Positions 1 to 12,015 of a DNA stretch of 64,000 nucleotides are shown here, one piece after another. Below the pieces are notes generated by a model, which made no database searches, was not told where the DNA came from, and worked only from the letters and a program-made list of their open reading frames with translations. A program made the position numbers and the translations under genes. Source of the DNA: an uncultured Planctomycetota bacterium (GTDB lineage Bacteria; Planctomycetota; Planctomycetia; Isosphaerales; Isosphaeraceae). The stretch covers positions 32,001 through 96,000 of the forward strand of contig CAWJTV010000029.1 in assembly GCA_963845755.1 (NCBI GenBank), in the 5' to 3' direction. Within the stretch, counting starts at the first letter, position 1, and the number at the start of each line of letters is the position of its first letter.

Positions 1-327
1 GCCTCCTTGAGGTCGTTGACGGCACGTAGCACGGCAGGATGTTGGATCGACGATGTTTCCCGTTCGACATCCACACTCGCCCGAGCACGGACATTCGCCT
101 CGAAGACCGAGAACAACACGAGGACTGCAAGATCATCGAGGTCGTCCAGAATCATTGACGCCCGGTCTAGAAGATCCGCCTCGGTGCGATGGCGAAGACG
201 GTTGTCGCGGCCCAATACCGTTTCCAGCGCCGGGTCGTTCCACTTCCCTGCCAGTTTCCTGATGTCGAGGGCGAGCATCCGGACCGCGAGATACCACTCC
301 CAGGCATCATCGAGCGACTCGGATCAT
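1..327 (-). CDS. Hypothetical helical protein, partial (runs off window); possible HEPN-like domain
   Basis: Manual translation of the minus strand gives ESLDDAWEWYLAVRMLALDIRKLAGKW...LDDLAVLVLFSVFEANVRAR..., open to base 1. The ATG at 327 overlaps the upstream stop (ATGA) but needs a 1-nt correction to be in frame. Confidence 0.5.
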
Positions 328-844
328 CCGAGCAAATCCCGCAGGATGAATTGGAGCCAAATCGGGTCGAGCGGCTTCGGCACGCCTTGATCGCCCGCTA
401 CCGCGTACCAGAAATCCCGACCGCCAGTGATGCTACGGAACAGTATAGTGTCTCCCTTCTCCGTTGGTCATGTCGACGCGGCCTCCGGAAAGGTCGCCAC
501 ATCTCTTCGGTTTTCCGCAATCGTGCCTGCAAGTGCTGGAGGAACAAGGGCCCAGTCGACGAAACGGCCCACGGGCTGGATGTCAACGAAGTCGAAGTCG
601 AGGCGGATCTTGACCGCCGGCGCGTCGTAGACGCCCAGGCGATCCTCGACGCGCTCGACTTCATACGACACGACTTCGAGGAGACCGTCCGGGTCCGCCT
701 CACGAATCAAACTCCCGGATCTGGTCGAAGAGGCGATTAAGGGCGTCGAGCCATTCCCGTCGGCGTTGCCTTCGATCCTTCCAATCCGAGCCTTCAGTTT
801 TCTGTCGCAGGAATTCCTGGAAGCTGGTCTCCAAGATCCGCCAT
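324..844 (-). CDS. Hypothetical protein (frameshifted)
   Basis: Pieces in several frames join into one protein: FQEFLRQK...REWLDALNRLFDQIRE / IREADPDGLLEVV...DFVDIQPVGRFV (ORF 468-710) / ...FWYAVAGDQGVPKPLDPIWLQFILRDLLG*. ATG at 844 is preceded by GAAGAGG. Confidence 0.5.
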
Positions 845-966
845 CCTCTTCCCGGTTACATGATGATCGGGATGCCTGCCCTTGAGGATACCAGTTCCCC
901 GGATCCGGGTCAGCCAGATCGATCCATCGCCGTGCCCGGCCTCACCCGCATACTAACGATGGCACA

Positions 967-1683
967 TCACACCTTGACCGGCTTGGCCGGCGCGGGCTTG
1001 GCGGCGGCCGCGGGAGCAGCTTTGGACGCGCCCAGGGCTTTCTGGAGCCGCTGGTCCTTCTTCTTGGCCACCTTGTTCCGCTCGGTGGTCTCGTCGGCGC
1101 TGTTCCAGGCCTCGGGATGGGTCTTGGCGTAGAAGTCGCTCGAGACCAGCAGGTCCTGGAGGTTGAAGATGTGGGTCTGGTGCCGCTCGTAGTTCGACAG
1201 CTCGAAGTTGTGGTCCATCTTGATCGCGTCGAACGGGCAGTATTCGGAACAAAGTCCGCAGTTCATGCAGACGTCCATGTCGATGTAGAAGTCCTCGGGA
1301 AGTGGGACGACCGTCCCCTTAGGGCTCTTGGCCTGGCTCATCCAGATGCACTGGGGCGGGCAGACCTTCGCGCAGATGTTGCACGAGGTGCAGCGGACGT
1401 TGCCGTCCTCGGTGTCGTAGATCAAGACGGGCAACACGCGGAACCGCTCGTAGACCGGCAGCCGTTCGTCGGGATACTCGACCGTGAAGAGCCCGGACGT
1501 CTTGAAATCCTGGGTGATCGTGGGTTCCTTGCCCCGGCCGGGGGTTCGGAACAGGTCGACCAGCAACGGGCCACCACCGCGCCGCGTGAATCCCTGCCCG
1601 GCCTTGATGTCCCTCCAGAACGTGAGCAAGAACCGCCGCAAAGTGACCAGGTGACCCCGGATGATGCCTGTCCCTACGCCCAT
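967..1683 (-). CDS. nuoI: NADH-quinone oxidoreductase subunit I (2x[4Fe-4S])
   Basis: TVEYPDER...RFR segment, CTSCNICAKVCP and CMNCGLCSEYCPFDAI ferredoxin motifs, directly downstream of nuoD. Confidence 0.93.
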   Translation of the reverse strand: MGVGTGIIRGHLVTLRRFLLTFWRDIKAGQGFTRRGGGPLLVDLFRTPGRGKEPTITQDFKTSGLFTVEYPDERLPVYERFRVLPVLIYDTEDGNVRCTSCNICAKVCPPQCIWMSQAKSPKGTVVPLPEDFYIDMDVCMNCGLCSEYCPFDAIKMDHNFELSNYERHQTHIFNLQDLLVSSDFYAKTHPEAWNSADETTERNKVAKKKDQRLQKALGASKAAPAAAAKPAPAKPVKV

Positions 1684-1828
1684 GTGATTCGCCCCTTGAT
1701 TACGAGGTGGGACCAGCCCACCCCACCCCATGATACTCGATCCGAATGCGGGAGTTCACGCGGCCGCGCCCGCCGTCACCGGATCGTAACGAACACATCG
1801 CAACAGGATCGACACGATATCTCCATGT

Positions 1829-4575
1829 TCACCGATCCACTTCGCCCAGCACGATATCGAGGCTTCCGAGGATGCCGACGACGTCGGCAATCGTGTGGCC
1901 CAGGCACATCGACTCCAATGCCGTCAGGTTGATGAAGCTCGGGCTGCGGACGTGGTAGCGATACGCCGTGGGTGAGCCGTCCGCGACGACATAATAGCCG
2001 AGCTCGCCCTTGGGGTTCTCGACCCGGGAATAGGCTTCGCCGGCGGGCACCTTGATCTGATAGCTCTTCTTGCCGGGGAGGATCGGCCCGTTGGGGATCC
2101 CGGCCACGGCCTGCTTGAGGATCTTGACCGACTCGCGCATCTCGAGCAGCCGGACGTAATAACGGTCGTAGAGGTCGCCGTTGCGGGCGGTGATGACGTT
2201 GAAATTGAACCGGTCGTAGATGCTGTAAGGTGCCGCGCGGCGGATGTCGTAGTTGACCCCCGAGGCACGCAGGACCGGGCCGGCTGTCGAGTAATTGATC
2301 GCCTGCTCGCGAGTCAGGACGCCGACTCCCTTGCCGCGGTCCAGCACGATCTCATTCCCCGACAAGTAGCGGTCGAGCTCGTCGATCTTCTTGTCGAGCC
2401 GGTCGTAGGCGATCCCCCGGCAGCGCTCGATCCACCCTTCGGGCAGGTCGAAGGCGACGCCGCCGAACCGGAAGTAGTTGCACATCATCCGGCTGCCGGC
2501 GGCCCATTCGAAGAGGTCGAGGATCAGCTCGCGCTCCTCGATGGCGTAGAGCGCCGGAGTGAAGAAGGCGCCCAGGTCGTTGAGCAGGAAGCCGATCGAC
2601 CACATGTGGCTGGCGATCCGCGTCAGCTCGGCCATGATCACGCGGATGTACTCGGCCCGCTCGGGCGGCTTGGCGTCGTCGCCCATGAGCTGCTCGACCG
2701 CCAGGGCATAGCCGAAATTGTTCCCCATGCTCGTGAGGTAGTCGAGCCGGTCGGTGAACGGGAAGTTCATCAGGAACGTGTTCCGCTCGCCGATCTTCTC
2801 GTGGTTGCGGTGCATGTAGCCCATGACCGGCTTGAGCCCGATGATCGTCTCGCCGTCGACGCGGAGGTTCAGCCGGAACACCCCGTGCGTGCTCGGGTGC
2901 TGCGGCCCCATGCTCACGATGAACTGGTCGGTGTCGAGCTCGGCGATCTCGACCCCGCTGGGCAGCAGGGTCTTGCCCTTGGGGTCGTCGCCGCTGGAGA
3001 GCGAGGCCCAGTCCTTGAAGTCCTTGGGGATCTTCACGTTGGAGCCGTAGGGATTGACCTCTTCGGCCCGGAAGTGCTGGCCGAACCCCTCGTCGACCCG
3101 GCTGGAGAAGACCTTGGTCGGGCCCTCGTAGTACGGCTCCAGGAAATCCTTGCGAAGGGGATAGTAGGCGAAACCTTCCCACATGAGGATCCGCTGGAGG
3201 TCGGGGTGCCCGGCGAACCGGACACCCATCATGTCGTAGACCTCGCGCTCCTGGAAGTCCGCGCCGCGATAGACGTGATAGAGCGAGGGGACCTCGCCCT
3301 GACCCTCGGCCTCCGCGGTGCGGACCCGCAGCTCGATCAGTGTCCCCGGTTTGGTCGATGCTCTCGAGCTGGTAGTTGACCTCGATACAATCCTCGTAAT
3401 GGACGCTCTGGAGGCTCGCCAGGTAGTCGTACTTGATGGGGTTCTTGTCGCGGAGGTAGAGTGCGACCTCGACCAGTTTGTCGGTCTGGACGAGCAATCC
3501 GGCCTGGATGGTGGTGACCGTCCCCGGTCCGAACGCGGCGTTGATGCGGCCGGCCAGCTCGCTGAGCTTCTCGGCACCGAGCCATACGAGGCTCGGCCGG
3601 GCTTCGGCCTTCTTCGCCTTCTTGCCGGGCTTGGCGGCGGGCGCCGCAGGGCTTGGCTTCGGCGGGCGCGGCCCCATCGGTCGCGGGCGCCGCCTCACCG
3701 CGCGCCTTGGCGCGGATCAGGTCGATCTTGCTCGGGGCCTTGGGGACCGCGGTGGCGGCTTCGGTCGGGGTCGCCGCCGCCTCGGTCGATTCCGGCTCGG
3801 GCTGGGGCGCGGGAATCTTGGCCGGCTTCGGCAATCCCGCCTCGCGCGCCTCGATCAGGCCCATCGCCGTGCGCTCGGCGCAGATCTCCACCGTGCGGAG
3901 GTCGATCAGGTCGGGGCCGAGCACCGGGATCGGGATGTCCCGCTCGACATCGTCGCGATACCACGGCGTGTTGCCCTTCCGGTTGATCAACGGCATATCG
4001 ATCTTCTCGCCGTCGATCTTCTTCTGGAGCATGATCAGGCCGTTCAGCAGGGCCTGCGGCGTGGGCGGGCAGCCGGGGATATAGACATCGACGGGCAGGT
4101 ACTTATCGATGCCCGAGACGACATTGTACCCCTCCTTGAACGGCCCGCCGCCGGTGGCACAGGCGCCCATGGACATCACGTATTTCGGCTCGGGCATCTG
4201 GTCGTACAGCCGCGCGATCATCGGCATCATCGTCTTGGTCACGGTCCCCGAGACGATCATCAGGTCGGCCTGGCGCGGCGACCCGCGGAAGACCTCGGCG
4301 CCGAACCGTGCAATGTCGAACCGGCTGGACGCAGTGCAGATCATCTCGATCGCGCAGCAGGCCAGGCCGAAACCCAACGGCCACATCGCCGAGCGGCGGC
4401 CCCAGTTATATACCGTGTCCACGATCCCCAGGAGCTTGTCCCATGTCGTCACCAGGACGTGCTGCTCCAGCTCCTTTTGCAGGACCGGGTCGATGACCGT
4501 GCTCCACTCCGGGCGGGTGATTGTCGCATTCGTCATGATCGGATCATCTATGCCTGAATGAAGACTCGCAGCCAT
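1829..4575 (-). CDS. nuoBCD: Fused NADH-quinone oxidoreductase subunits B/C/D (two apparent frameshifts near 3660 and 3350)
   Basis: NuoB motifs [20 protein letters not shown] and YIPGCPP (ORF 3337-5001). A Pro/Ala/Lys linker leads to the NuoC region ([12 protein letters not shown]...EREVYDMMG...GHPDL..YPLRKD). NuoD motifs [16 protein letters not shown] and DIVLGEVDR are in frame with the NuoC C-terminal part (ORF 1829-3577). Confidence 0.85.
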
Positions 4576-4705
4576 GGTGACAAGCCCCTGAATGCGGGAC
4601 GCGCCGCCAGACTGCTTCGTGATCGTTCGACCGTCGGATCGAGGGGGCGAGCGGTGGTCGCCAATCCTCGGATCGTTCGGGCTCCTTAAGCGGATGCGGC
4701 CTATC

Positions 4706-6638
4706 CTAAACGGCGCCGCCCGGTTCCGCCAGGGGGGACCCTGACTCGGGAGCCGGCAGGAGTTTCCGTCGAGAAACCGGACGGGGCGAAAGCTCAGCCC
4801 TCCAGGGGCGGCCGACCAGGCGATCGAAGTCCGCGACCGCACGACGCCAGGACCACCATCCGACCAGCGCCGGGCCGATGGTCCCGATGAGGCAGGTTGC
4901 GAGCACACGGAGCGCCCCCTTCCCCGTGTGAATTCCGACCCACTCCAAGGGGGGATAAGTGCCGTATCGAAGGGCGTCGTGGACGTCGCGATAGGACACA
5001 AGCGACAGCCAGACGACGGAGGGATGTGACCCGGCAGCGAGGAGCACCGAGTTGAATCCGCGGGGGAGCAATAAAGGTAACACCAGGAAGAGCATCAACA
5101 GAAACCCAAGATAAATGCTACGTCCCGAGGCCGTGGCCTGATCCTTGGCTCCCACGGAAGCTCGAACTCCCCACACGGCGAACATCCAGATCGATGCGGC
5201 CAGATTCAGCATCGTAAGAATGTAGCCGAGCGGATGGACAGCGCCCGCGAGCAAGCCTATCGTGCCCAGAACCACCAGGATCACGAAAGTCCCCCGTAAA
5301 CGCCAAATCAGCGACAGAATCGTCGACTTGAGGATATCGCGCGCCGACAAGGGAGTCGCGAGCAGGCTGCCCCAGGTCTCTTTCCTGCGCTCCAGCATGA
5401 GGATCTCTGTAGCGGTGCCCGCAACGATCAATGACATTAGGAGCGTGATTGTGATCATTACATAACGCAAGAACACATTGAACTCTGTCCGGGCCACATC
5501 CACCGGCGCATTGGCGTCCGAACCGGGCATGAACATGCGGACGAAAAGGTTCATCTCAGGACTCGCGGAGCGGGTCACGCCGGAGGAATACCCGTACCTC
5601 CAGACCTCGACCACGGCGGGTCGGGCGAAGTAATACGTCGCGTACGCCAGCGCGCCGACGACTCCGAGGTTGATGATCATGCCGATGGCCTTCATGAAGC
5701 CATTCGAAGTCGTGGTGTACATCTCTCTCCAGAGGATCGGGTCATCACCGACAGCGGGCCTCGGCCGGAGTCGCCAGACGAGGCGCCTCCGCGCCCGTTG
5801 ACGCTCCTGAACATCGCCAGTGGCCTGCGCCCGAAAGGTTGAACGCAGTCGAGCCATCGACCCGATCAGCAGCAGGACGCCACCCGCGACCTGGAGACCA
5901 CACATCCAGGCTAACGCATAAGTCAGCCCTTTCGACGCCCCGACGCCCATCGCAATCTTCATCATCACGGACATCGGACTGCTCGCGATCAGCCATGCGT
6001 TGATCATCGCGGCCCAATCGGGAAGTCTCAGCCCGAACCGGGACAGGACTATCGGTAAGAACATGGGGCCCATTAGCCAGGCCATGGTCGTGAGTACCGA
6101 GGCATTCACGGCCTGGCGGCCGACCGGTGACATGACGGAGAACCAGATCCCCACGGACGCCAGAAAGAACGCCGTAGTTCCGATCCCGCCGTACGTTACG
6201 AGGATTAGTCGAGAGTCCACGCCTCCCAGAAAGTGGAGCAACAGCATGACCGGCAGCGCCCGCGATGATCGTCGTGGCGAATACGACGAGGCACGCTGCC
6301 AACTTCTCCATGACGATTTCGGCCGCGCTCAACCGCGTGATGATCAGAAAGTCGAGCGTCCGGCGATCCTTCTCCCCGGCGATGGTCATCGTTGCACGGA
6401 CCAAGATCGCACCCATGAGTGCCATGGCGTGAAGACCGATGACGAGTAGGAACGCCCTTTCAGCCGCTTGTACCAACTCAATGTTCGGGAGTTCCCACCC
6501 TCCCGCGTACGCCCAGGCCACGAAAGTACACACGACAATCGCCAGCATGAACCCCGCGAAGTAGGCTCGCTGCGAGTGAAGCCCCTCTCGACGCACGGCG
6601 TGCACCAGCTCGCGCCGAAAGATCGGTATAATGCTCAA
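4706..6638 (-). CDS. ABC-2-type transporter permease-like membrane protein (frameshift near 6260)
   Basis: IFRRELV start, [28 protein letters not shown] and [21 protein letters not shown] duplicated ABC-2 motifs, many hydrophobic segments. Joins ORFs 5745-6638 and 4706-6247. Confidence 0.8.
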
Positions 6639-6839
6639 ATTGACGTCCTCGTCGTTGGCCCGAAGATTGTCCCCAGGGTTTCCCGAGGGCCGATTCCGAA
6701 TGGCGAGGTCTTGCGAAAAGGTCCTCGCTGAATTGCAGGGTGGCGATCTCCAGAACCTACCACAAATGTCAGATCAAGACAAGGATCGAGGAATCCCTCT
6801 CGGGACTCGAGGTGGGTCCTTTCGTCGAGGATAAGTTCG

Positions 6840-8290
6840 GTGACACCTGGACCCAAGGCACTCGAAACCATCTTGAGTCGGTGCGGCATTCGCCTGGAGC
6901 TTCAACAATTTGATCTGCTCTGGCGATATCATGAGAGGCTCCGCGCCGCGAACGCCGAGCTCAACCTGACGCGGATCCACAACTTCGAGAACATGGTGCT
7001 CAAGCACTATGTTGACAGCCTGCTGGTGCTCCGGTTCATCGAGTTGCCGTCGCCGTTGATCGACATGGGCTCGGGTCCGGGATTGCCGGGGATCCCGCTG
7101 AAGATCGCCCGGCCCTCGGTCCGGATGATCCTGGCCGAGCCGCGCGGGCGCGTGCGAAGTTTCTCCGCGAGGTCTGCGAACAGCTCGGGCTCGAGCGAAT
7201 CGAGGTCCATCCCCACAAACTCGGGCCGGATTATCCCGAACCGGTTGCTGGTGTGATCAGCCGGGCGGTCGGACCGATCCCCGATACGCTCGACCGCATT
7301 GCGTCGTGCCTCGTTCCCGGCGGGCGGATGATCTTCATGAAAGGCCCGGAGTGTGAGACCGAGGTGGCCGAAGCGAGGGAGTCGCACGCGGGCATTTTCC
7401 GGCTGGCCGACGATCAGGCTTATGCCATCCCCGGGACGACGCACCAGCGTCGGCTTCTGGTCTATGAGCGGTTGGAAGGAGAGCCGCCGTCGCGGTCGCG
7501 AGTCAGACAGACCGACCACACCGTCACCTTCGGCGGCTCCATTCGCGAGATCACCAGCGCGACCAATCCCACGTTCAAGCAGTGCCGCGACCTGCTCGCC
7601 GGTCCGGGCATCCGGAAGCATGGAGAGGCGATCCTGGCGGGCTCCCGGATCCGCGACGAGATCCTCGCGCGATTCCCGGAGCGCGTCCTGGGCTGGCTGA
7701 CAGACGCCAACGGACCGCCGCCTCCCTCCGAATCAATCGCGTGGCTGCGTCTGGGCGATCCGTTGTTCAAGGAGCTCGACGTGTCAGGGACACACGCACC
7801 GCTCCTGCTGGTGCGCGTGCCGGCGATCCTTGCCTGGTCCGACGACGATCCCTGGCCCGAGGGCTGTACGTTGTTCGTCCCGTTCCAGGATCCTGAGAAC
7901 GTCGGCACCGTGATTCGCTCGGCGGCGGCGTTCGGCGTCGCGCGGGTGGTGCTGCTGCGTGAGGCTGCTCACCCGTTTCATCCGCGCAGCACCCGGGCCG
8001 CCGGCCCGGCGCTATTCCAGGTGCCGCTCTTCCAGGGCCCGCGACTCGAGGACGTGCGCGTTGCGAACGCATCCCTGATCGCCCTGGATACCACAGGCCC
8101 CGAACTGTCCGACGTGCCCTTCCCAGCCCGTTTCGGCCTGGTCGTCGGGGTCGAGGGGCCTGGGCTGCCGGACCACTTGCGCCATGGCGAGCGACGCCGG
8201 ATCGCCATGCAGCCCGGCGTCGAATCGCTCAATGCGGCCACGGCCACGGCGATTGCACTCTACGTCTGGTCAACGCGGAGTGGCGGATGA
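6840..8290 (+). CDS. rsmG: 16S rRNA m7G527 methyltransferase RsmG fused to a TrmH/SpoU-family RNA methyltransferase (frameshift near 7150)
   Basis: RsmG motifs LNLTRI, HYVDSL, DMGSGPGLPGIPL and ISRAV...MKGP. The same frame continues into SpoU motifs QDPENVGTVIRSAAAFG, GVEGPGL and ESLNAATA. Confidence 0.85.
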
Positions 8291-8322
8291 TCGGTCACGA
8301 CCCGCGGGCGGACCACAACATT

Positions 8323-8754
8323 TCAGTCCTTGATGCGCGTCAACTCGGTCACGATCTGCTCATAGCCGTTTTGTTCGTACTTGGTAGGACGGTCGCCCAT
8401 CGGACAGAAGCAGAAGATGAACTTGTTGTCTCCGTCGAACTTGTAGATGCCTTTCGAGGTCTTGCCCTTGGCATCTTCGGGGCCCTCGTCGATCTTGAAG
8501 TCGATCGTCTTATCGGGCTTCGCGGTCGAGTCGAGAGTGACGGTCATCTCGTAGGACCGGGACGGCGTCTCGACCTTCAGCTTCTTCCCTTTGAAGCTAT
8601 AGGTGACCGTGCCCCCGTCCCCGGCGGGCGTTTTCCACTTGCCCTCAAGCTTCTTCAGGTCCGGCCCGGCTTTGTCTTCGGCTCCTCGCACCGCTCCGCC
8701 GGTCGCCAGCAAGCCAGCCATGGCCAGAGCCATCCAGGCGCGTCTCGTCATCAT
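8323..8754 (-). CDS. Planctomycete TIGR03067-like secreted protein
   Basis: Signal peptide followed by DLKKLEGKW...LDSTAKPDKTIDF...GKTSKGIYKFDGD...C...GDRP pattern. Confidence 0.8.
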   Translation of the reverse strand: MMTRRAWMALAMAGLLATGGAVRGAEDKAGPDLKKLEGKWKTPAGDGGTVTYSFKGKKLKVETPSRSYEMTVTLDSTAKPDKTIDFKIDEGPEDAKGKTSKGIYKFDGDNKFIFCFCPMGDRPTKYEQNGYEQIVTELTRIKD

Positions 8755-8898
8755 CCTCGTGACCTCCATCGTGTGTGGGCTCGTTCTTTCGCTCTCACAA
8801 CCCATCGGGATGACCCGGCTGTGGTACTCGGGAGTCCATGAGAGCGGGACACTCATATCCCATGCGGAATGAATGTATACCTGCGACCGTGCCGGAGG

Positions 8899-9429
8899 TC
8901 AAGTGCTGATGGGACCGACCGATTTGCGCGCCTCGCGCACGATGTGCGGAAGTTCGGGGAGGATGATCCGGCTCATCGCGAGATCGACTGCGGCGCGCGA
9001 GCCCGGCATGACAAGCACGGCCTGCCGGCCCACCAGGCCGCCGACGGCCCGGCTCAGGAGGCACGCCGGGCCGATCTCGGCATAACTCAGCATGCGGAAG
9101 AGCTCTCCATAGCCGGGGAGCGGCTTGGTCAAGAGGGCGTTCACCGTCTCATACGTCTGGTCCCGAGGACTGATGCCCGTTCCCCCTGTGATCAACACGG
9201 CATGCAACTCATCACGCGCGGCGTACGCGCGGAGCAGAGGAGTCATCCGCTCCGGTTCATCGGGCACGATGACCCGATCGACAATCCGATGCCCCACCGC
9301 CTCGGCCAGGGACACGATCAAGGCGCCCGATGTATCGGTCTCGAGCGTCCGCGTGTCCGAAACCGTCATCACGGCCAGGTTCAACGAATCCAGCGCCGTG
9401 GCGCGATGCTCGTTCACCGATTGGCTCAT
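8899..9429 (-). CDS. moaB: MoaB/MogA molybdenum cofactor biosynthesis protein
   Basis: TVSDTR, DTSG, VPDE, TGGTGISPRDQT, PGYGELFR, SRAVGG and PGS motifs. Confidence 0.92.
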   Translation of the reverse strand: MSQSVNEHRATALDSLNLAVMTVSDTRTLETDTSGALIVSLAEAVGHRIVDRVIVPDEPERMTPLLRAYAARDELHAVLITGGTGISPRDQTYETVNALLTKPLPGYGELFRMLSYAEIGPACLLSRAVGGLVGRQAVLVMPGSRAAVDLAMSRIILPELPHIVREARKSVGPIST

Positions 9430-9593
9430 GGAAAAGTTCTCCAGACCCCGAAGTCATTGCATCCCGCCCATCCCAACAAATGAGATCGGCCTGTGATGGC
9501 GGATTGCGTCGGGAAGCGGGGTATTCTTACAATGATAGGGCGTGGGGATCACGATGCGGAGGCAAGGTTTCACCGACTGACGGAGGTGTAATC

Positions 9594-10993
9594 ATGGCCA
9601 CAGCGCGGCGACGGGGCGGGAACGGCGCGTGGCTGCTGGGGATCTGTCTCCTGATGATGACCGGAGTGATCGCCTGGAAGACACCTCGAGCGCAGGCCGA
9701 CCTGATCGACCTCCGAGGCGGTGGCCAGGTGCAGGGCAAAGTGGTGCCCGACCCGAAGAATAAGGACCGGGTTCAGGTCTGGCTGCTCAGGGGGCGGAAT
9801 CCGCTCTCGTTCCACAAGGGGCAGATTGTCCGTGTGACTCGTCAGGCGAGTCCCCTGGACGAATATGTGCTGAAGCGGGCCAAGGATCCGTCGACGGCCG
9901 CGGCCCAGTCGGAATTGGGGTCGTGGTGCGATGAGCATGGCCTGCCGGACCTGGCCAAGGTCCATTTTGAAAACGCCCTGAGTCTGGACTCGACGCTCGA
10001 TGAGGCACACCGGAAGCTCGGGCACGTTTACCGGGAAGGTTCCTGGCTGACCCGGGACGACCTCAGTGCCGCCCAGGGATTGGTGAAGTACAAGGGCGCT
10101 GGATCACCGCCGAGGAGAAGACCAAGCGTGAGGAGGCGGCCCAGACCAACGCGTCGCAATCGTCCTGGCTGCGGCGGATCAGGCTCCTGCGGCAGGCGAT
10201 CATCAACGGCCCGGAGGATCGGCGGCGGGAGGCCGAGTCGCAGTTGATGTCGATCCGCGATGCGGATGCCGTGGTGCCGCTGGTCCGCGTCTTCGCGCAA
10301 GACGAGCGGCCGAGGCGAATCCTGCTCGCCTTGGTCTTGTCGGCGATCGGCACGCCAGAGGCCACCCGGGCCCTGGTCGGCCGGGTGCTGGCTGAATCCG
10401 ATTCGGAGGTCCGTCAGGTGACCTTCGAACACCTCAAGCAACGCGACGAGCGCGGAGTGCCGGCCCAGTTCGCCCGGGCCCTGGCGTCCGAGGACATCCA
10501 GGTGATCAATCGGGCCGCCTGGGCACTCGGCAACCTCGAGGCCGTCGAGACCGTCCCCCGCCTGGTGTCCGCGCTCATCACGGTACAACAACAGATCATC
10601 ATGGTACCCGTTCCCGGGGTCAATCTGCCCCCGGACCCGCTCGCGCCGATGGGGCCCGCCCCGGCCCTCAAGGCGTTGAACAGCAGCGGGATTGTCGTCC
10701 AGACGCCGCCGGCGGTCGGACCCGGCGTCGTCGCGTACGGCATGTCGGCGATCCCATGGTACCAGTTGTCGTCCCCCGGGGTGGCTGCCAGTTTGGGACT
10801 GACCCCCGGCTCGCGGCCTTCGCTTCCGGAGCCCAAGGTCGCCACCTTTACCTACCGGAACGTCGAGGTCCTCAGCGCCCTCCAGAAGCTCACGGGCCAG
10901 GATTTCGGATATGACGTGACTTCCTGGAAACGTTGGGTCGCGCGATCCTTCAACCCCAATCCCAAGCCGTCTCGCCTTGTGCCGCAGCCATGA
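9594..10993 (+). CDS. Secreted HEAT-repeat protein (frameshift near 10098)
   Basis: Signal peptide, then LGSWCDEHGL..LAKVHF...AHRKLGH. HEAT repeats follow (INRAAWALGNL..ETVPRLVSAL), ending VLSALQKLTGQDFGYD..WKRW. Joins ORFs 9330-10247 and 10244-10993. Confidence 0.75.
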
Positions 10994-11080
10994 AGTAGCG
11001 AGTGGCAGGAAACGACCGAAGCGGCCAGCCCTTGCCTTTTGGAATGCGGTGAATCCGGTCTGATACTGAGGTCGTGCACG

Positions 11081-11962
11081 GTGCCAAATGAATGGGACGA
11101 AGCGCTGGATGAGCGGCGGACATTGATCCGCCAGGTTCGGCAGCGGCTGGAGTCGTTGGGCCGAGCTGGGTTGACCTCCATCCCGGCGAGTGGGCGAACC
11201 ACCGAGCCGGCTCCGCCCCAACCGGCTCCGCCACAGCAGCCCGTCCTGCCGGTGGCGACGAAGCCGTCGGCGATCCTACCGCCCCGCGCACCGGCTGCGA
11301 GCCTGCCGCCGATTGCGACGTCACTATTCGAGGAATCGGGGTTCGAGACTCCGCCCGTCCCCGCGGCCGATCGACCCGCGATCCTGGCCGGGTGCGCGTT
11401 GGAGGTCGCAAGTTGCCGGCGGTGTCCGCACCTGGCCGCGACGCGCACGCAGACGGTCTTCGGCACCGGGACGCCGACGGCCCGGTTGATGTTCATCGGC
11501 GAGGCGCCCGGTGCCGACGAGGACCGGATCGGCCAGCCGTTCGTCGGCCGCGCCGGCCAGTTGCTCACCGACATGGTCACCAAGGGCATGGGACTGCGGC
11601 GTGAGGATGTATATATCGCGAACGTCCTGAAGTGCCGGCCTCCCGATAATCGCACGCCCACGCCCGAGGAGGCCGCCAACTGCTCGTCATACCTCGAACA
11701 TCAGCTCGCCGTGATCCGACCGGAGTTCCTCTGCCTGCTCGGCAAGACCGCCGCCTCGGCCCTGCTCGACATCCTGCCGACGACCACGATGGGGCAATTA
11801 CGCAAGCGGTGGCACCGCGTAAAGGGGATCAGGACCCTCGTGACGTACCACCCGTCCTACCTGCTCCGCACCCAGTCCGCCAAGAAGGATGCGTGGGAAG
11901 ACTTGCAAATCCTCATGAAAGAGATGGGGCTGGCGGTCCCGGGCAAGAAGCCCAGGGAATAG
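11081..11962 (+). CDS. Uracil-DNA glycosylase family 4 (Fe-S)
   Basis: CRRCPHL, IGEAPGADED..GQPFVGRAGQLL, NVLKCRPP.NR.P and TYHPSYLLR. Confidence 0.93.
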   Translation: MPNEWDEALDERRTLIRQVRQRLESLGRAGLTSIPASGRTTEPAPPQPAPPQQPVLPVATKPSAILPPRAPAASLPPIATSLFEESGFETPPVPAADRPAILAGCALEVASCRRCPHLAATRTQTVFGTGTPTARLMFIGEAPGADEDRIGQPFVGRAGQLLTDMVTKGMGLRREDVYIANVLKCRPPDNRTPTPEEAANCSSYLEHQLAVIRPEFLCLLGKTAASALLDILPTTTMGQLRKRWHRVKGIRTLVTYHPSYLLRTQSAKKDAWEDLQILMKEMGLAVPGKKPRE

Positions 11963-12015
11963 AAGGAATCTGTGTTCGGCGGGAAGACACAGCCCAGTAG
12001 AGGAGTGTCGAACGT

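Noticed and set aside
324..326. In-frame TGA readthrough or selenocysteine joining two ORFs
   Set aside because: An ATGA stop/start overlap plus a 1-nt error explains it; no supporting context for recoding.
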